Source: an uncultured bacterium
GTDB taxonomy: Bacteria > Verrucomicrobiota > Kiritimatiellia > RFP12 > UBA1067
Length of the DNA stretch: 64,000 bases
Reading direction: 5' to 3'
Assembly (NCBI GenBank): GCA_900547945.1
Contig: URIT01000004.1
Span: 147 to 64,146, forward strand
The position numbers were made by a program, and so were the translations under genes. Shown one piece after another: positions 27,343 through 36,288 of the stretch. The first letter of the stretch is position 1. Every line of letters begins with the position of its first letter. Below the pieces are notes generated by a model, which was given only the letters and a program-made list of their open reading frames with translations, did not search any database and was not told the DNA's origin.

Positions 27343-28587
27343 ATGATACCCCGCACACATTATTTGGATCTGATTCGTCCCTTTATTGGAACGGATGTCA
27401 TTAAAGTCATCACCGGTATGCGCCGTAGCGGCAAGTCGGTCATTCTGGAACAGGTGCGGGACGAAATCCAAACCCAGGATCCTTCGGCGGAAATCTTCTA
27501 TCTGGATCTCGAAGACCGCCGCAATGCGCGCTATCTCGCCAAGGACGTGTTGTTCAATGAACTTGATGCGCGGCTGGAGGCGGCGAAGGGGCGGCGGGTT
27601 GTCATTCTTCTGGACGAGGTTCACGATGTCGAGGAATGGGAGCTGCAGGTCAACTCCCTCCGCAAGCGGAAGAACGCCGACATCTTCATCACGGGGTCCA
27701 ATTCCAAGCTGCTTTCCGGCGAGCTTGCGACCTATCTGACGGGACGCTACGTCGAGTTCAAGGTCGCGCCCTTTTCGTTCAGTGAGTTCAAGCTTGCGAC
27801 GGCGGATCTTTGGGGTGGACGCGCAATCGCCGACCTCTTCGACAGGTATCTCGACTGCGGGGGGCTTCCGTTCCTTCCCCAGGTGAGATACGATGCGTCG
27901 GCTTCGCGCTCCTATCTGGAAGACCTCTATTGGGCGATTCTTTCGAAAGACGTCATGCGGCGGCTGCAGATACGGGACGTCGATCTCCTCGACCGCATCG
28001 TACGCTATGCCATGGCCGAAATCGGGCACGTCTTCTCCGCCCGCAGCATCGTGCGGTTCCTGAAGAGCGAGCGGCGCACGACGACCGTCGAGACGATTCT
28101 CACCTATCTGCGTGCCTGCGAAGACGCCTTTCTCGTGACGCGCGTTCCGCGAGAGGATCTCATCGGCAAACGCATCCTGTCCGTCGACGAGAAATACTAC
28201 GTCTGCGACCTTGGATTGCGCCGGGCCGTCATCGGCGGTTCGCGCGGCGAGGACATCGACCGTTTGTTGGAGAACGTCGTCTACCGCGAGCTGGTGCGGC
28301 GCGGTTGGCATGTCACGGTTGGGCGCGTCCGCGAACGGGAAGTGGACTTCGTCTGCCAGAACGGCGACGACCGCCTTTACGTCCAGGTGTGCTACCTGAT
28401 GGCGGACTCCGCGACGCGCGAACGCGAGTTTTCGGCCCTGGAGGCGATTCCCGACCAGTACGACAAGCTCGTCCTCTCGTTGGATCGCGTCAACTTCTCG
28501 CGCAACGGCGTCAAGCATCGATATTTGCCTGAATTCCTGCTTGAGGACGACAAGGCGGCAGGGAGTGGAACATGTTCTGTGGCGTGA
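27343..28587 (+). CDS. Stand-alone AAA ATPase with DUF4143-type C-terminal domain
   Basis: YLDLIRPFIGTDVIKVITGMRRSGKSV (Walker A), VVILLDEVH (Walker B) and an REVDFV restriction-endonuclease-like C-terminus typical of the AAA_14/DUF4143 family. The 5' part has lower GC than its neighbours. Confidence 0.85.
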   Translation: MIPRTHYLDLIRPFIGTDVIKVITGMRRSGKSVILEQVRDEIQTQDPSAEIFYLDLEDRRNARYLAKDVLFNELDARLEAAKGRRVVILLDEVHDVEEWELQVNSLRKRKNADIFITGSNSKLLSGELATYLTGRYVEFKVAPFSFSEFKLATADLWGGRAIADLFDRYLDCGGLPFLPQVRYDASASRSYLEDLYWAILSKDVMRRLQIRDVDLLDRIVRYAMAEIGHVFSARSIVRFLKSERRTTTVETILTYLRACEDAFLVTRVPREDLIGKRILSVDEKYYVCDLGLRRAVIGGSRGEDIDRLLENVVYRELVRRGWHVTVGRVREREVDFVCQNGDDRLYVQVCYLMADSATREREFSALEAIPDQYDKLVLSLDRVNFSRNGVKHRYLPEFLLEDDKAAGSGTCSVA

Positions 28588-30269
28588 TCAACGTGCTGTT
28601 TGCCGGCGCGGCGCTGCTGGCGCCGTTCCGTCCCGGCGAGGTGACGGTGGGCGGCGAGGTCGGCCACCGGATGTCCGTGACGCTTGGCAAGATGCTGCAT
28701 CACACGGACATCGAGGGCACGTTCACGCGGCACTTCCGCCACCGCAAGGCGAAGCCGGACGAACCGGGCGGCTTCGCCGGCTACGGCATGTTCCTCGACG
28801 CGCTCGTCACGGCGGCGGCGCACGGCATCGGCGGCGCGGAGACGGTGCGCGCCAAGACGCGCCTCCTGGCGGAACTGGACGAACTCCAGTCGCCGGACGG
28901 CCGCATCACGATGTTCAGCGGCGCGCCCGGCTTCTGGGACAACCACGAAGGGGCGTACCTGATCCAGGCCCTCTGCCGCGACCACCGCTGGTTCGGCACG
29001 GCCGCGTCGCTGGAGACGGCGCGGCGGCTGGGCGATGCGTTGATCGCCGACGGGGCGTTCCCGACGCTTGGCAGCGAGACCGCCTATCTGCTCCTGTACG
29101 AGGAGACGAAGGACCGCCGCTACCGCGACTGGCTGGAGAAGAGCGCGGCCATCGGCGATGGCATCGACGCCTACGACCGGAAGGTGAAGGTGAACGGCGT
29201 CCAGCACGTCTACACCTGGCTCGCGCGGGCGCTTGCGCAGCTGCAGTACGCCGATGCCGTGGAGGCCGACCTGCCGACGCGCGCCGCTCTGTCCGCCGCC
29301 GCCGAAGAGGCGCTGCGCCGTGCGCGCGGACCCTACTTGTCCGTGACGGGCTCGATCACCGGGACGCCGCGCTGGGGCGAACTGTGGGACGCCACGCAGG
29401 CCGGCCTCGGCAAGTGGGGCGAGACGTGCGCCTCGGCCTACCTCATGCGGCTTGCGGCGAAGGCGCTCGAACGCGCGCCGGATGCGGCGTGTGGCGACCT
29501 CTTCGAGCGCGTGATGTTCAACGCCTTCTTCTCCGCGCAGTCGGCGGACGGACTCAGGTACCGCTACTGGACGCCGTTCAACGAGCGCGCGCCGTGGTAT
29601 GACCGCGACACCTACTGCTGCCCCAACAACTACAAGCGTGAAGTCTTCGAGATCCCGGATGCCGTGTTCTTCAGGATGCAGGACGGCCTGGCGGTCAACC
29701 TCTATGCGGACGCGGCGCTGAAGGCCGAGGACGTTGCCGTGACGATGCGGACGGCCTATCCGGACGACGGACGGGTCGTGCTCGACGTCGCGATGAAGGG
29801 GCGCGTCCTCCGTCTGCGCATCCCCGCCTGGTGTACGAACGCGATGGTGTCCGCCGCAGGCGAACCGGCGCGGGCCGCCGCACCGGGGTGGTTCGACGTC
29901 GAGCGGTCGTTCGCCAAGCCCGTGCGCGTCGTCCTCGACCTGCCGATGCCGATCCGGCTCGTGCCGGGGTGCCGGGCGCAGGAGGGGCGCGTCGCCGTGA
30001 TGCGCGGGCCGTGTGTGTACGCGCTCGCGATGGGCGACGGCGCGGAGGGCGACCACGAGGTCGATCTCTGGGATCTCGACGCGGCCGAGCCGCCCGTCTG
30101 GAACGCCGCGCGCCGGACGGTGGAGGCGACGTTCCGGAACCGCAACCGGGGGCGGGAACGCCGCCGCCTGTCGCTCGTCCGCTATTCCTCCGACGTCCAC
30201 GACCGGACGTACTTCGACCTCGCCGCCTTCCCTTCGTCCCCACCCGCTCTGGATGCGGCAACGGAATAA
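28572..30269 (+). CDS. Glycoside hydrolase family 127-like (beta-L-arabinofuranosidase / DUF1680)
   Basis: 565 aa. FRPGEVTVGG start and ETCASAYLMRL...DTYCCPNNYKR (the Cys-rich motif of GH127). Overlaps the ATPase gene by 16 nt. Confidence 0.6.
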   Translation: MFCGVINVLFAGAALLAPFRPGEVTVGGEVGHRMSVTLGKMLHHTDIEGTFTRHFRHRKAKPDEPGGFAGYGMFLDALVTAAAHGIGGAETVRAKTRLLAELDELQSPDGRITMFSGAPGFWDNHEGAYLIQALCRDHRWFGTAASLETARRLGDALIADGAFPTLGSETAYLLLYEETKDRRYRDWLEKSAAIGDGIDAYDRKVKVNGVQHVYTWLARALAQLQYADAVEADLPTRAALSAAAEEALRRARGPYLSVTGSITGTPRWGELWDATQAGLGKWGETCASAYLMRLAAKALERAPDAACGDLFERVMFNAFFSAQSADGLRYRYWTPFNERAPWYDRDTYCCPNNYKREVFEIPDAVFFRMQDGLAVNLYADAALKAEDVAVTMRTAYPDDGRVVLDVAMKGRVLRLRIPAWCTNAMVSAAGEPARAAAPGWFDVERSFAKPVRVVLDLPMPIRLVPGCRAQEGRVAVMRGPCVYALAMGDGAEGDHEVDLWDLDAAEPPVWNAARRTVEATFRNRNRGRERRRLSLVRYSSDVHDRTYFDLAAFPSSPPALDAATE

Positions 30270-30341
30270 GGGCGATCCTTTGCGGCTCACAAACCCAAAA
30301 TCCCCGATATGCTACTTAAACCTAGATTCGTCAGTTGAATG

Positions 30342-30539
30342 TCTCACGCAGAGACGCAGAGAGGCCGAGAGCGCAGAGAATGCTCGGAATCTTGCGAATA
30401 CAATGAACTATGCATCAAATTTACTTGAAGCAAAACATCACCTAAAGGGTGAAACAACAAATTGTTCGGGTCACTGCGATAAAACTACAAATTTGCAATT
30501 TTCTCAGCATTCTCTGCCTCTCTGCGCCTCTGCGTGAGA
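30342..30539. mobile_element. MITE-like element: ~34-nt terminal inverted repeats (TCTCACGCAGAGRCGCAGAGAGGC...CAGAGAATGCT) flanking a ~120-nt AT-rich core
   Basis: The left arm 30342-30384 equals the reverse complement of the right arm 30506-30539, with 1 mismatch and an 8-nt insertion. There is no ORF inside. Confidence 0.5.
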
Positions 30540-30591
30540 AAAAATTCGCCCCTACTGCCGTTTTTAGGTTAAACCGAACAGGTTTTTCACA

Positions 30592-30609
30592 AACCGTTAT
30601 ATAACGGTT
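30592..30609. promoter_or_regulatory. Perfect 18-bp palindrome AACCGTTATATAACGGTT (candidate operator, copy 2)
   Basis: Identical to 20889-20906 with the same 23-nt distance to the -10 element. Confidence 0.65.
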
Positions 30610-30629
30610 GGTGCGGCTCATCCACGATT

Positions 30630-30638
30630 TGGTAGAAT
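30630..30638 (+). promoter_or_regulatory. Extended -10 element TGGTAGAAT
   Basis: Lies 151 nt upstream of ATG 30790. Confidence 0.5.
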
Positions 30639-30768
30639 ACGCACGCAGGGCGCGACCATGTGCGGAGCGAACCCCATCACGACAAAGGACTGATGAACGG
30701 AAAGGAAGAGGAACCATGCAAACATCGTGTGTTGAGCATCTGCCGTCCACCCGACAAAAACAACAAAG

Positions 30769-30786
30769 AAAAAAAAGGGGGGGGGG
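30769..30786 (+). repeat. A8-G10 double homopolymer ending 3 nt before the ATG at 30790
   Basis: GAAAAAAAAGGGGGGGGGGTGTATG read directly; the G-run occupies the Shine-Dalgarno position. Confidence 0.85.
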
Positions 30787-30789
30787 TGT

Positions 30790-32760
30790 ATGAAATGGGC
30801 CTCCCTCACGGCCTTGGCCGTCCTTTCGTCTGCCATGTTGGCTGAAGACAACATGCCCCAGTGGACGGCGGCGGCGACGGGCGCAGTGGCGGCCTTCGCG
30901 GCGGACGACGCCCACGCCAATCCCCGCGCGGATGCGAGCGGGAAGGGGACGTGGGCGTTCTACGTCGAGCAGGCCGACGGCACGCAGCGGATGATGGAGT
31001 ACGGCGTGAAGGCAGGGGCGAACGCCGCCCTCCAGGGAAGCTGGATGGAGAAGTATTATTATTTGCTCGCCCATACGGGGACGGAGCCCGTGTTCGGCCC
31101 CGAGCAGGGATGGGTCAGGCCCGGTGAACTCTACTTCCATCCGGGCGACACGCAACCGCATGTCCTTGCCTTCACGCCGAACGAGACGGGCTTCTACACG
31201 GTCGAGGCGAACGTGCGGCACGTTTTTCCGAACAACGATGGAAACGAGAAATGGTGCGACGGCATCCGGGCGGCGCTGGCCCACGGGGGCCCCTCCTGGC
31301 TCGTCACGTTCACGAACGCGGTTGTCTGCTTCTCGACGACGCAGACAGTGGACTGGGCGGCGACGACTCTTGCCGTCTCGAACGTGTTCTGCGTGGCGGG
31401 CGAGACGCTCCAGCTGCGGCTTGACGCGAATGGGAACAAATCCGGCGACGCGAGCGCACTCACGTTCACGGTCGCCCAGACGCGGGCGGTCCAGGTGACG
31501 GACTGGAAGCGGTACGAGCTGGACGCGAATGCGGCCCTCGTCGCCGCGAAGCGTTCGGGGACGCCGGATGCGGCGACGTTCACGGACGCACAGGGCGCGA
31601 CGTGGAAACTCGGCACGTCCACAGGGCCGTTGGGGACGCTTACGCCGTTCGCCCATGAGTATGACGAAGATGGTCAGGATGGAAAATGGAAGGACTGGCG
31701 GGGCTGGGTCACCATTGACGGATGGACGGGGTCCGTGAAGAATCCTCAGACCTGGCCCTACCTGTTCGCGAACATGGACGCACAGGCCAAGTGGTTTCCC
31801 ATCGACGGAGCCACAGTTTCAACCGGCACGGACGAGTTCATGTTCCATCCGGGCAACAACAAGACGTATGTGCGTCTCGACTGGACGGCCCCGGCAGACG
31901 GCGTCTACCGCGTGTCGGGTCTGTTGCGGCATGTCGCCGACACGCCGTCCTACGCGGACGGCGTGGACGGCGTCGTCACGGTCTCCTCGAACCGCTATGC
32001 CGTGTCGGCCGTCGCCGTCGAAAAGGGGGCCGTCGGCTCGCTGGACGCGGGCGACGTGTGGCTGCGCGCGGGCGAACGCCTTTCGCTTGCGCTCGGGCCG
32101 GGCCCCGTCGGGAACCATTCCTGCGACCTCTCCTCGTGCCGCTTCGCCCTGGAGCGCGTCGACTACGAGCCGCTCGACGTCGTGTCCGTCGACTTCGACG
32201 CGGACGAAACGCCCTACGCGGGCGACGGGCGCGTCGGCTGGCTCACGAACACGTTCTGGAACGCCTGGACGCCCCGCGCGGGCGCGGCGGAGGCGCGGGC
32301 ACGCGGGCTTCGCCGCTCGGACGGGACGACCCGCACGGCGGTCTGCCTCACGCTCGCGCGGACGGAGGGGCTTGCCGTTTCGGCGGCGGGCGAGCCGTCG
32401 CATGCGCTCTTCGCGGACGGCGTCGCCTCGTCCGCCGCGGCGGACGCCGTCGCCTTCACGCTCACGGGCCTGACGCCCGGCGCGTCGTATGGCCTCACGC
32501 TCTACAGCCGCGGCGCGGACGGCACGGCGCCCGGCGTCTTCACCGTCGGCGGCGAGGCGAAGGCGGCCACGGGGACGTGGTTCTTCCGCACGGGCGGCGA
32601 GTATGCGCAGTTTGCGGTGACGGCGGACGCGGAGGGCACCCTGGCGGGCACGTTCACGGGCGCGGCGGAGGGAGAAGCCGCCCTCTGGTGCGGCCTTCAG
32701 GTGACGGGCGCGGACTTCCCCGCCTATGTGCCAAATGGTACAATGTTGTTTGTTCGGTAA
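30790..32760 (+). CDS. Exported protein with an internal duplication, unknown function
   Basis: Signal peptide MKWASLTALAVLSSAMLA. Duplicated block (ELYFHPGDTQPHVLAFTPNETGFYTVEANVRHV / EFMFHPGNNKTYVRLDWTAPADGVYRVSGLLRHV). Ends in GTMLFVR. Confidence 0.7.
   Translation: MKWASLTALAVLSSAMLAEDNMPQWTAAATGAVAAFAADDAHANPRADASGKGTWAFYVEQADGTQRMMEYGVKAGANAALQGSWMEKYYYLLAHTGTEPVFGPEQGWVRPGELYFHPGDTQPHVLAFTPNETGFYTVEANVRHVFPNNDGNEKWCDGIRAALAHGGPSWLVTFTNAVVCFSTTQTVDWAATTLAVSNVFCVAGETLQLRLDANGNKSGDASALTFTVAQTRAVQVTDWKRYELDANAALVAAKRSGTPDAATFTDAQGATWKLGTSTGPLGTLTPFAHEYDEDGQDGKWKDWRGWVTIDGWTGSVKNPQTWPYLFANMDAQAKWFPIDGATVSTGTDEFMFHPGNNKTYVRLDWTAPADGVYRVSGLLRHVADTPSYADGVDGVVTVSSNRYAVSAVAVEKGAVGSLDAGDVWLRAGERLSLALGPGPVGNHSCDLSSCRFALERVDYEPLDVVSVDFDADETPYAGDGRVGWLTNTFWNAWTPRAGAAEARARGLRRSDGTTRTAVCLTLARTEGLAVSAAGEPSHALFADGVASSAAADAVAFTLTGLTPGASYGLTLYSRGADGTAPGVFTVGGEAKAATGTWFFRTGGEYAQFAVTADAEGTLAGTFTGAAEGEAALWCGLQVTGADFPAYVPNGTMLFVR
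32736..32744 (+). promoter_or_regulatory. Possible internal extended -10 element TGGTACAAT
   Basis: Lies inside the last codons of the 30790 gene, 24-36 nt upstream of the candidate starts of the next gene. It could be a coincidence of the NGTM codons. Confidence 0.3.
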
Positions 32761-32767
32761 GCCAAGG

Positions 32768-35700
32768 ATGATGATGGATATGAGCAAGCTGAGTTGGATG
32801 CTGGTCGGCCTGATGCCCCTGGTGGCGGTCGCCGCCGACGGAACCTGGGAGACGCTGTCGTTCGCGAAGGGGACGTATGCGCCGCTGGACGCCTACACGC
32901 GCGCGGGCGGGAAGCTCGTGGGCGCGGCCCTGAAGGGCGAGACCTACCCGATGGCGCTGCGCAACGTCACGAAGGCGGAGGTTTCCGAACAGGGGAAGCT
33001 GGACGTGGTGGTGCCCGCCGGCGCGTGGGTGCTGCATCCCGCGCCGCAGGCCGCGGCCGTCCTGCGCCATGCCCCGGCCAAGGCGGGCCCCTACGACGTC
33101 ACGGTGACCTGTGCCGCCCTCAAGGCGGGTGACGGGAACCCGAAGACGGCCGGCGTCGACGTGACGCTTCTCGTGGCCGGCGCGGAACGGGCGCGGTTCA
33201 CGCTCCGAGCCGGGACGGACCAGGTCCGCCGGACGGTCCGCCTCGCCGCCGTGAAGCTTGGCGCAGACGCGGCGGTGGAGGTGCGCGTCGACGCGCGCGG
33301 CTCGCACATCTGCGACGCGACGGCGGTGTCGCTCGCGCTCGCGCGGCCCGAGACGGTGCCCGTGGACGTGCCGGGCGCGTGGCGGCGCCTGCCGCCCAGG
33401 GACGTCGATCCGAAGCTCTCGCACGTCTCCGACCCGATCCCGCGCCCGTGGAGCGGACAGAAGGCCGCGCTCGCCTTCGCGCGCCTCGGCGTGTCGCCCC
33501 AGGCGGCGTCCCGCCCGCTCGGTGCGGACGGCCTTGCGTTCACGGGCGCGGCGCGGCTGCGCCTCGACTGGGCGGCCGCCGAGCCCGAACGGGCGAAGCC
33601 CCCCCTCGGCCGCGATCCGCGCAGCCTGTGGCAGGGCCGCACGCTTCCCAAGGCCCCGGTCACCGAGCCGCGCCTCTACACGTTCGGGCGCTCGCTGCGC
33701 TTCTTCCGGGACGCCGTGCCGGACACCGAGGTGCTGCTGCCGTTCGCGGTCGTCGTGGACGGCAACCCCGAGGACGGCTTCGGCGGCTACGTGCTTGGCT
33801 ACGACACGGCGGCGCCGTGGACGTGCGTGCCCGGCACGAACGGTGTGACGGTCGCCTGTTCCGCGCCGGACGCGCGTGCGTTCGCGTTCCGCTTCGACGG
33901 CACGTGGCTCGCGGGCCTGCAGAAGATGGCGCGCGCGCTCGATGCGTTCCCCGCGCTGAAGGGGCTCGTGGAGACGCGGTGCGCCGCGCTCGCCCAGGGC
34001 CTCGACCCGATGCCCGACGCCGAACTCTTCCTCACGGTCCTTTCCGAATGGGTGCAGGACGACGCGAAGTGGGGCTGTCCCCTCGATGGCTGGGATACCT
34101 ACGTGCGCGGGCGCGTCGCGCGGCGTGCGAAGCTCCTCGCCGACCCGCGCCTGAAGGAGACGCTCGCGAAGGGGATCCTCTTCAACACGCGCCGCAGCCC
34201 GACGTGGAACCACTGCGTGGCGCAGTACTTCGGCTGGCGGCAGCGCCCGGGCGGAAGCCTGTTCGCGCTGGAGGCGCCGGGACGGTCGATGAAGACGCGC
34301 GACCTGATCGCGGGGCGGATGCCCTCCGGCAGCTACCTGGAGCCGCGCCTCTCGTATGACGCGCGCCGGATCCTCTTCGCGTTCGTGGAGACGGAGGGTC
34401 CGCTCAACCCCTACGCGATGTGCGTGAACGAGGAGGGCGGCGACGACCACTACTACCACCTGTGGGAGATCGCGCCGGACGGTTCGGGTCTGAAGCAGCT
34501 CACGCGGGGGGTCTACGAGGACTTCATGCCGGAGTTCCTGCCGGACGGCGACATCGCCTTCATGTCCACGCGCCGCCGCTCGCAGAGCCGCTGCTTCTGG
34601 TTCGGCTACTCGAACCGCTGGCAGGCGTACACGATGTTCCGCATGCGCCCGGACGGCTCGGAGATCCGCCAGCTCTCGTGGAACGACGTCGCCGAGTGGT
34701 TCCCCGCGATGGCCAACAACGGCGAGCTCATGTTCGCGCGCTGGGACTACATCGACCGCGACGCCGTGCGCCACCAGAACCTCTGGGCCATGCGCCCGGA
34801 CGGCACGAACCCGAAGGCGCTCTGGGGCAACGAGACGCCCGACCCGCACTGCACGTTCCAGATCCGCGCCGTCCCCGGCTCGCGCAAGGTCGCCTGCATC
34901 GCCTCCGCCCACCACGCCGTGACGGGCGGCCCGCTCATCCTCATCGACCCCTCCATCGACGAGAACAGCGAGGACGCCGTGACGCACGTCACGCCCGGCC
35001 ACTACCCCGAGATCCGCATGGGCACGCCGGACGACGACGACCCCGCCGCGCACAACGACTGGTACAACTCGCCGTGGCCCTACGGGGAGGACCTCTTCCT
35101 TGTGAGCTGGAGCCGCGACCACCTGCACTACGAGCCGAGCCGCCCCGCGCCCGACGCCTCGCTCGGCCTCTACGTGCTCGCCGCCGACGGGACGCGCGAA
35201 GTGCTCTGGCGCGACGGCCGGATGAACGCGATGTGCCCGACGCCGCTCGTCGCGCGCCCCGTGCCGCCCAAGCTGGAGTCGCAGTTCGACCCGGCCCTCC
35301 GCGCGGCGAAGAAGGGCGAGGTGTTCATCGCGGACGTGCGGCGCGGCCTCAAGGACGTCAAGCCGGGCGCCCTCGCCCAGGTGCGCGTCGTCCAGATCTT
35401 CCCGCGCACGGCCCCCGACCAGTACCTCCCGAACACGGGGCGCGGCGGCCACGAGAACGCCCGTGCCGTCCTCGGCACCGCGCAGGTGGAGGCGGACGGC
35501 TCGTGCCGCTTCCTCGTCCCCGCCGAGAAGGCGATTCTCTTCCAGGTGCTTGACGGGGAGGGCCGCGCGTGGCGCACGATGCGCTCGACGACCTCGCTCA
35601 TGCCGGGCGAGCGCGTCTCGTGCGTCGGCTGCCACGAGCCGAAGCGCGAGGCCGGCGCCGCCGCCGCGCCGCGCGCGGCGGCGATGAAGAAGCCCGCGCA

Positions 35701-36271
35701 GGAACTCGCCGTGCCGCCGGAGGGCGGGCGTCCGTGGGGCTTCGTCGAGAACGTGCAGCCCATCCTCGACGCGAAGTGCATCCGCTGCCACGGCGACCGG
35801 AACCCGCCGAAGGGCATCGCGCTCACGCGCACGCCCGATCCGCGCTTCTCGAACGCGACGAACGTCGTCACGGTGGGCGCGCGGCAGTATTCGGCGCCGT
35901 TCACACGGTCCTACGCGACGCTGTGCTTCACGGACGAGCCGACGGGGCGCAAACCGGGCGGCAAGCAGTTCCAGTGGTACAAGCCCCGCCGGGGCGTTGC
36001 GCTGGACGGCACGCCCGCCGAGATGGTGCCGTGCTGGCCCGAGTACAACCATGTGCAGACGACGCCCGAGGGGCCGGGGCGCAACGCGCTCGGCTCCGGC
36101 CTCTTCGGACACCTCTCGCGCGGGAAGCACGCGAACCTGCTTACGCCCGAGGAGCTGCGCATGCTCGCCACGTGGATCGACCTCAACGCCACGTTCTACG
36201 GCTGCTACGAGGAACCGTTCCTCTCGCGGCAGCTGAAGGGCGAGGCGATCCCGATGCCGGAACACCAGTAA
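32768..36271 (+). CDS. Large exported protein: TolB/PD40-like beta-propeller region plus C-terminal di-CxxCH (PSCyt-like) region
   Basis: Signal peptide. Propeller-like YLEPRLSYDARRILFAF...WEIAPDGSGLKQLT...DGDIAFMS...MRPDGSEIRQLS...MRPDGTNPKAL. Two heme-c motifs, CVGCH and CIRCH, in a context typical of the Planctomycete cytochrome C domain. Start ambiguous (ATG at 32768/32771/32774/32780). Confidence 0.7.
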   Translation: MMMDMSKLSWMLVGLMPLVAVAADGTWETLSFAKGTYAPLDAYTRAGGKLVGAALKGETYPMALRNVTKAEVSEQGKLDVVVPAGAWVLHPAPQAAAVLRHAPAKAGPYDVTVTCAALKAGDGNPKTAGVDVTLLVAGAERARFTLRAGTDQVRRTVRLAAVKLGADAAVEVRVDARGSHICDATAVSLALARPETVPVDVPGAWRRLPPRDVDPKLSHVSDPIPRPWSGQKAALAFARLGVSPQAASRPLGADGLAFTGAARLRLDWAAAEPERAKPPLGRDPRSLWQGRTLPKAPVTEPRLYTFGRSLRFFRDAVPDTEVLLPFAVVVDGNPEDGFGGYVLGYDTAAPWTCVPGTNGVTVACSAPDARAFAFRFDGTWLAGLQKMARALDAFPALKGLVETRCAALAQGLDPMPDAELFLTVLSEWVQDDAKWGCPLDGWDTYVRGRVARRAKLLADPRLKETLAKGILFNTRRSPTWNHCVAQYFGWRQRPGGSLFALEAPGRSMKTRDLIAGRMPSGSYLEPRLSYDARRILFAFVETEGPLNPYAMCVNEEGGDDHYYHLWEIAPDGSGLKQLTRGVYEDFMPEFLPDGDIAFMSTRRRSQSRCFWFGYSNRWQAYTMFRMRPDGSEIRQLSWNDVAEWFPAMANNGELMFARWDYIDRDAVRHQNLWAMRPDGTNPKALWGNETPDPHCTFQIRAVPGSRKVACIASAHHAVTGGPLILIDPSIDENSEDAVTHVTPGHYPEIRMGTPDDDDPAAHNDWYNSPWPYGEDLFLVSWSRDHLHYEPSRPAPDASLGLYVLAADGTREVLWRDGRMNAMCPTPLVARPVPPKLESQFDPALRAAKKGEVFIADVRRGLKDVKPGALAQVRVVQIFPRTAPDQYLPNTGRGGHENARAVLGTAQVEADGSCRFLVPAEKAILFQVLDGEGRAWRTMRSTTSLMPGERVSCVGCHEPKREAGAAAAPRAAAMKKPAQELAVPPEGGRPWGFVENVQPILDAKCIRCHGDRNPPKGIALTRTPDPRFSNATNVVTVGARQYSAPFTRSYATLCFTDEPTGRKPGGKQFQWYKPRRGVALDGTPAEMVPCWPEYNHVQTTPEGPGRNALGSGLFGHLSRGKHANLLTPEELRMLATWIDLNATFYGCYEEPFLSRQLKGEAIPMPEHQ

Positions 36272-36288
36272 ACCAAGAGGACGCCATC

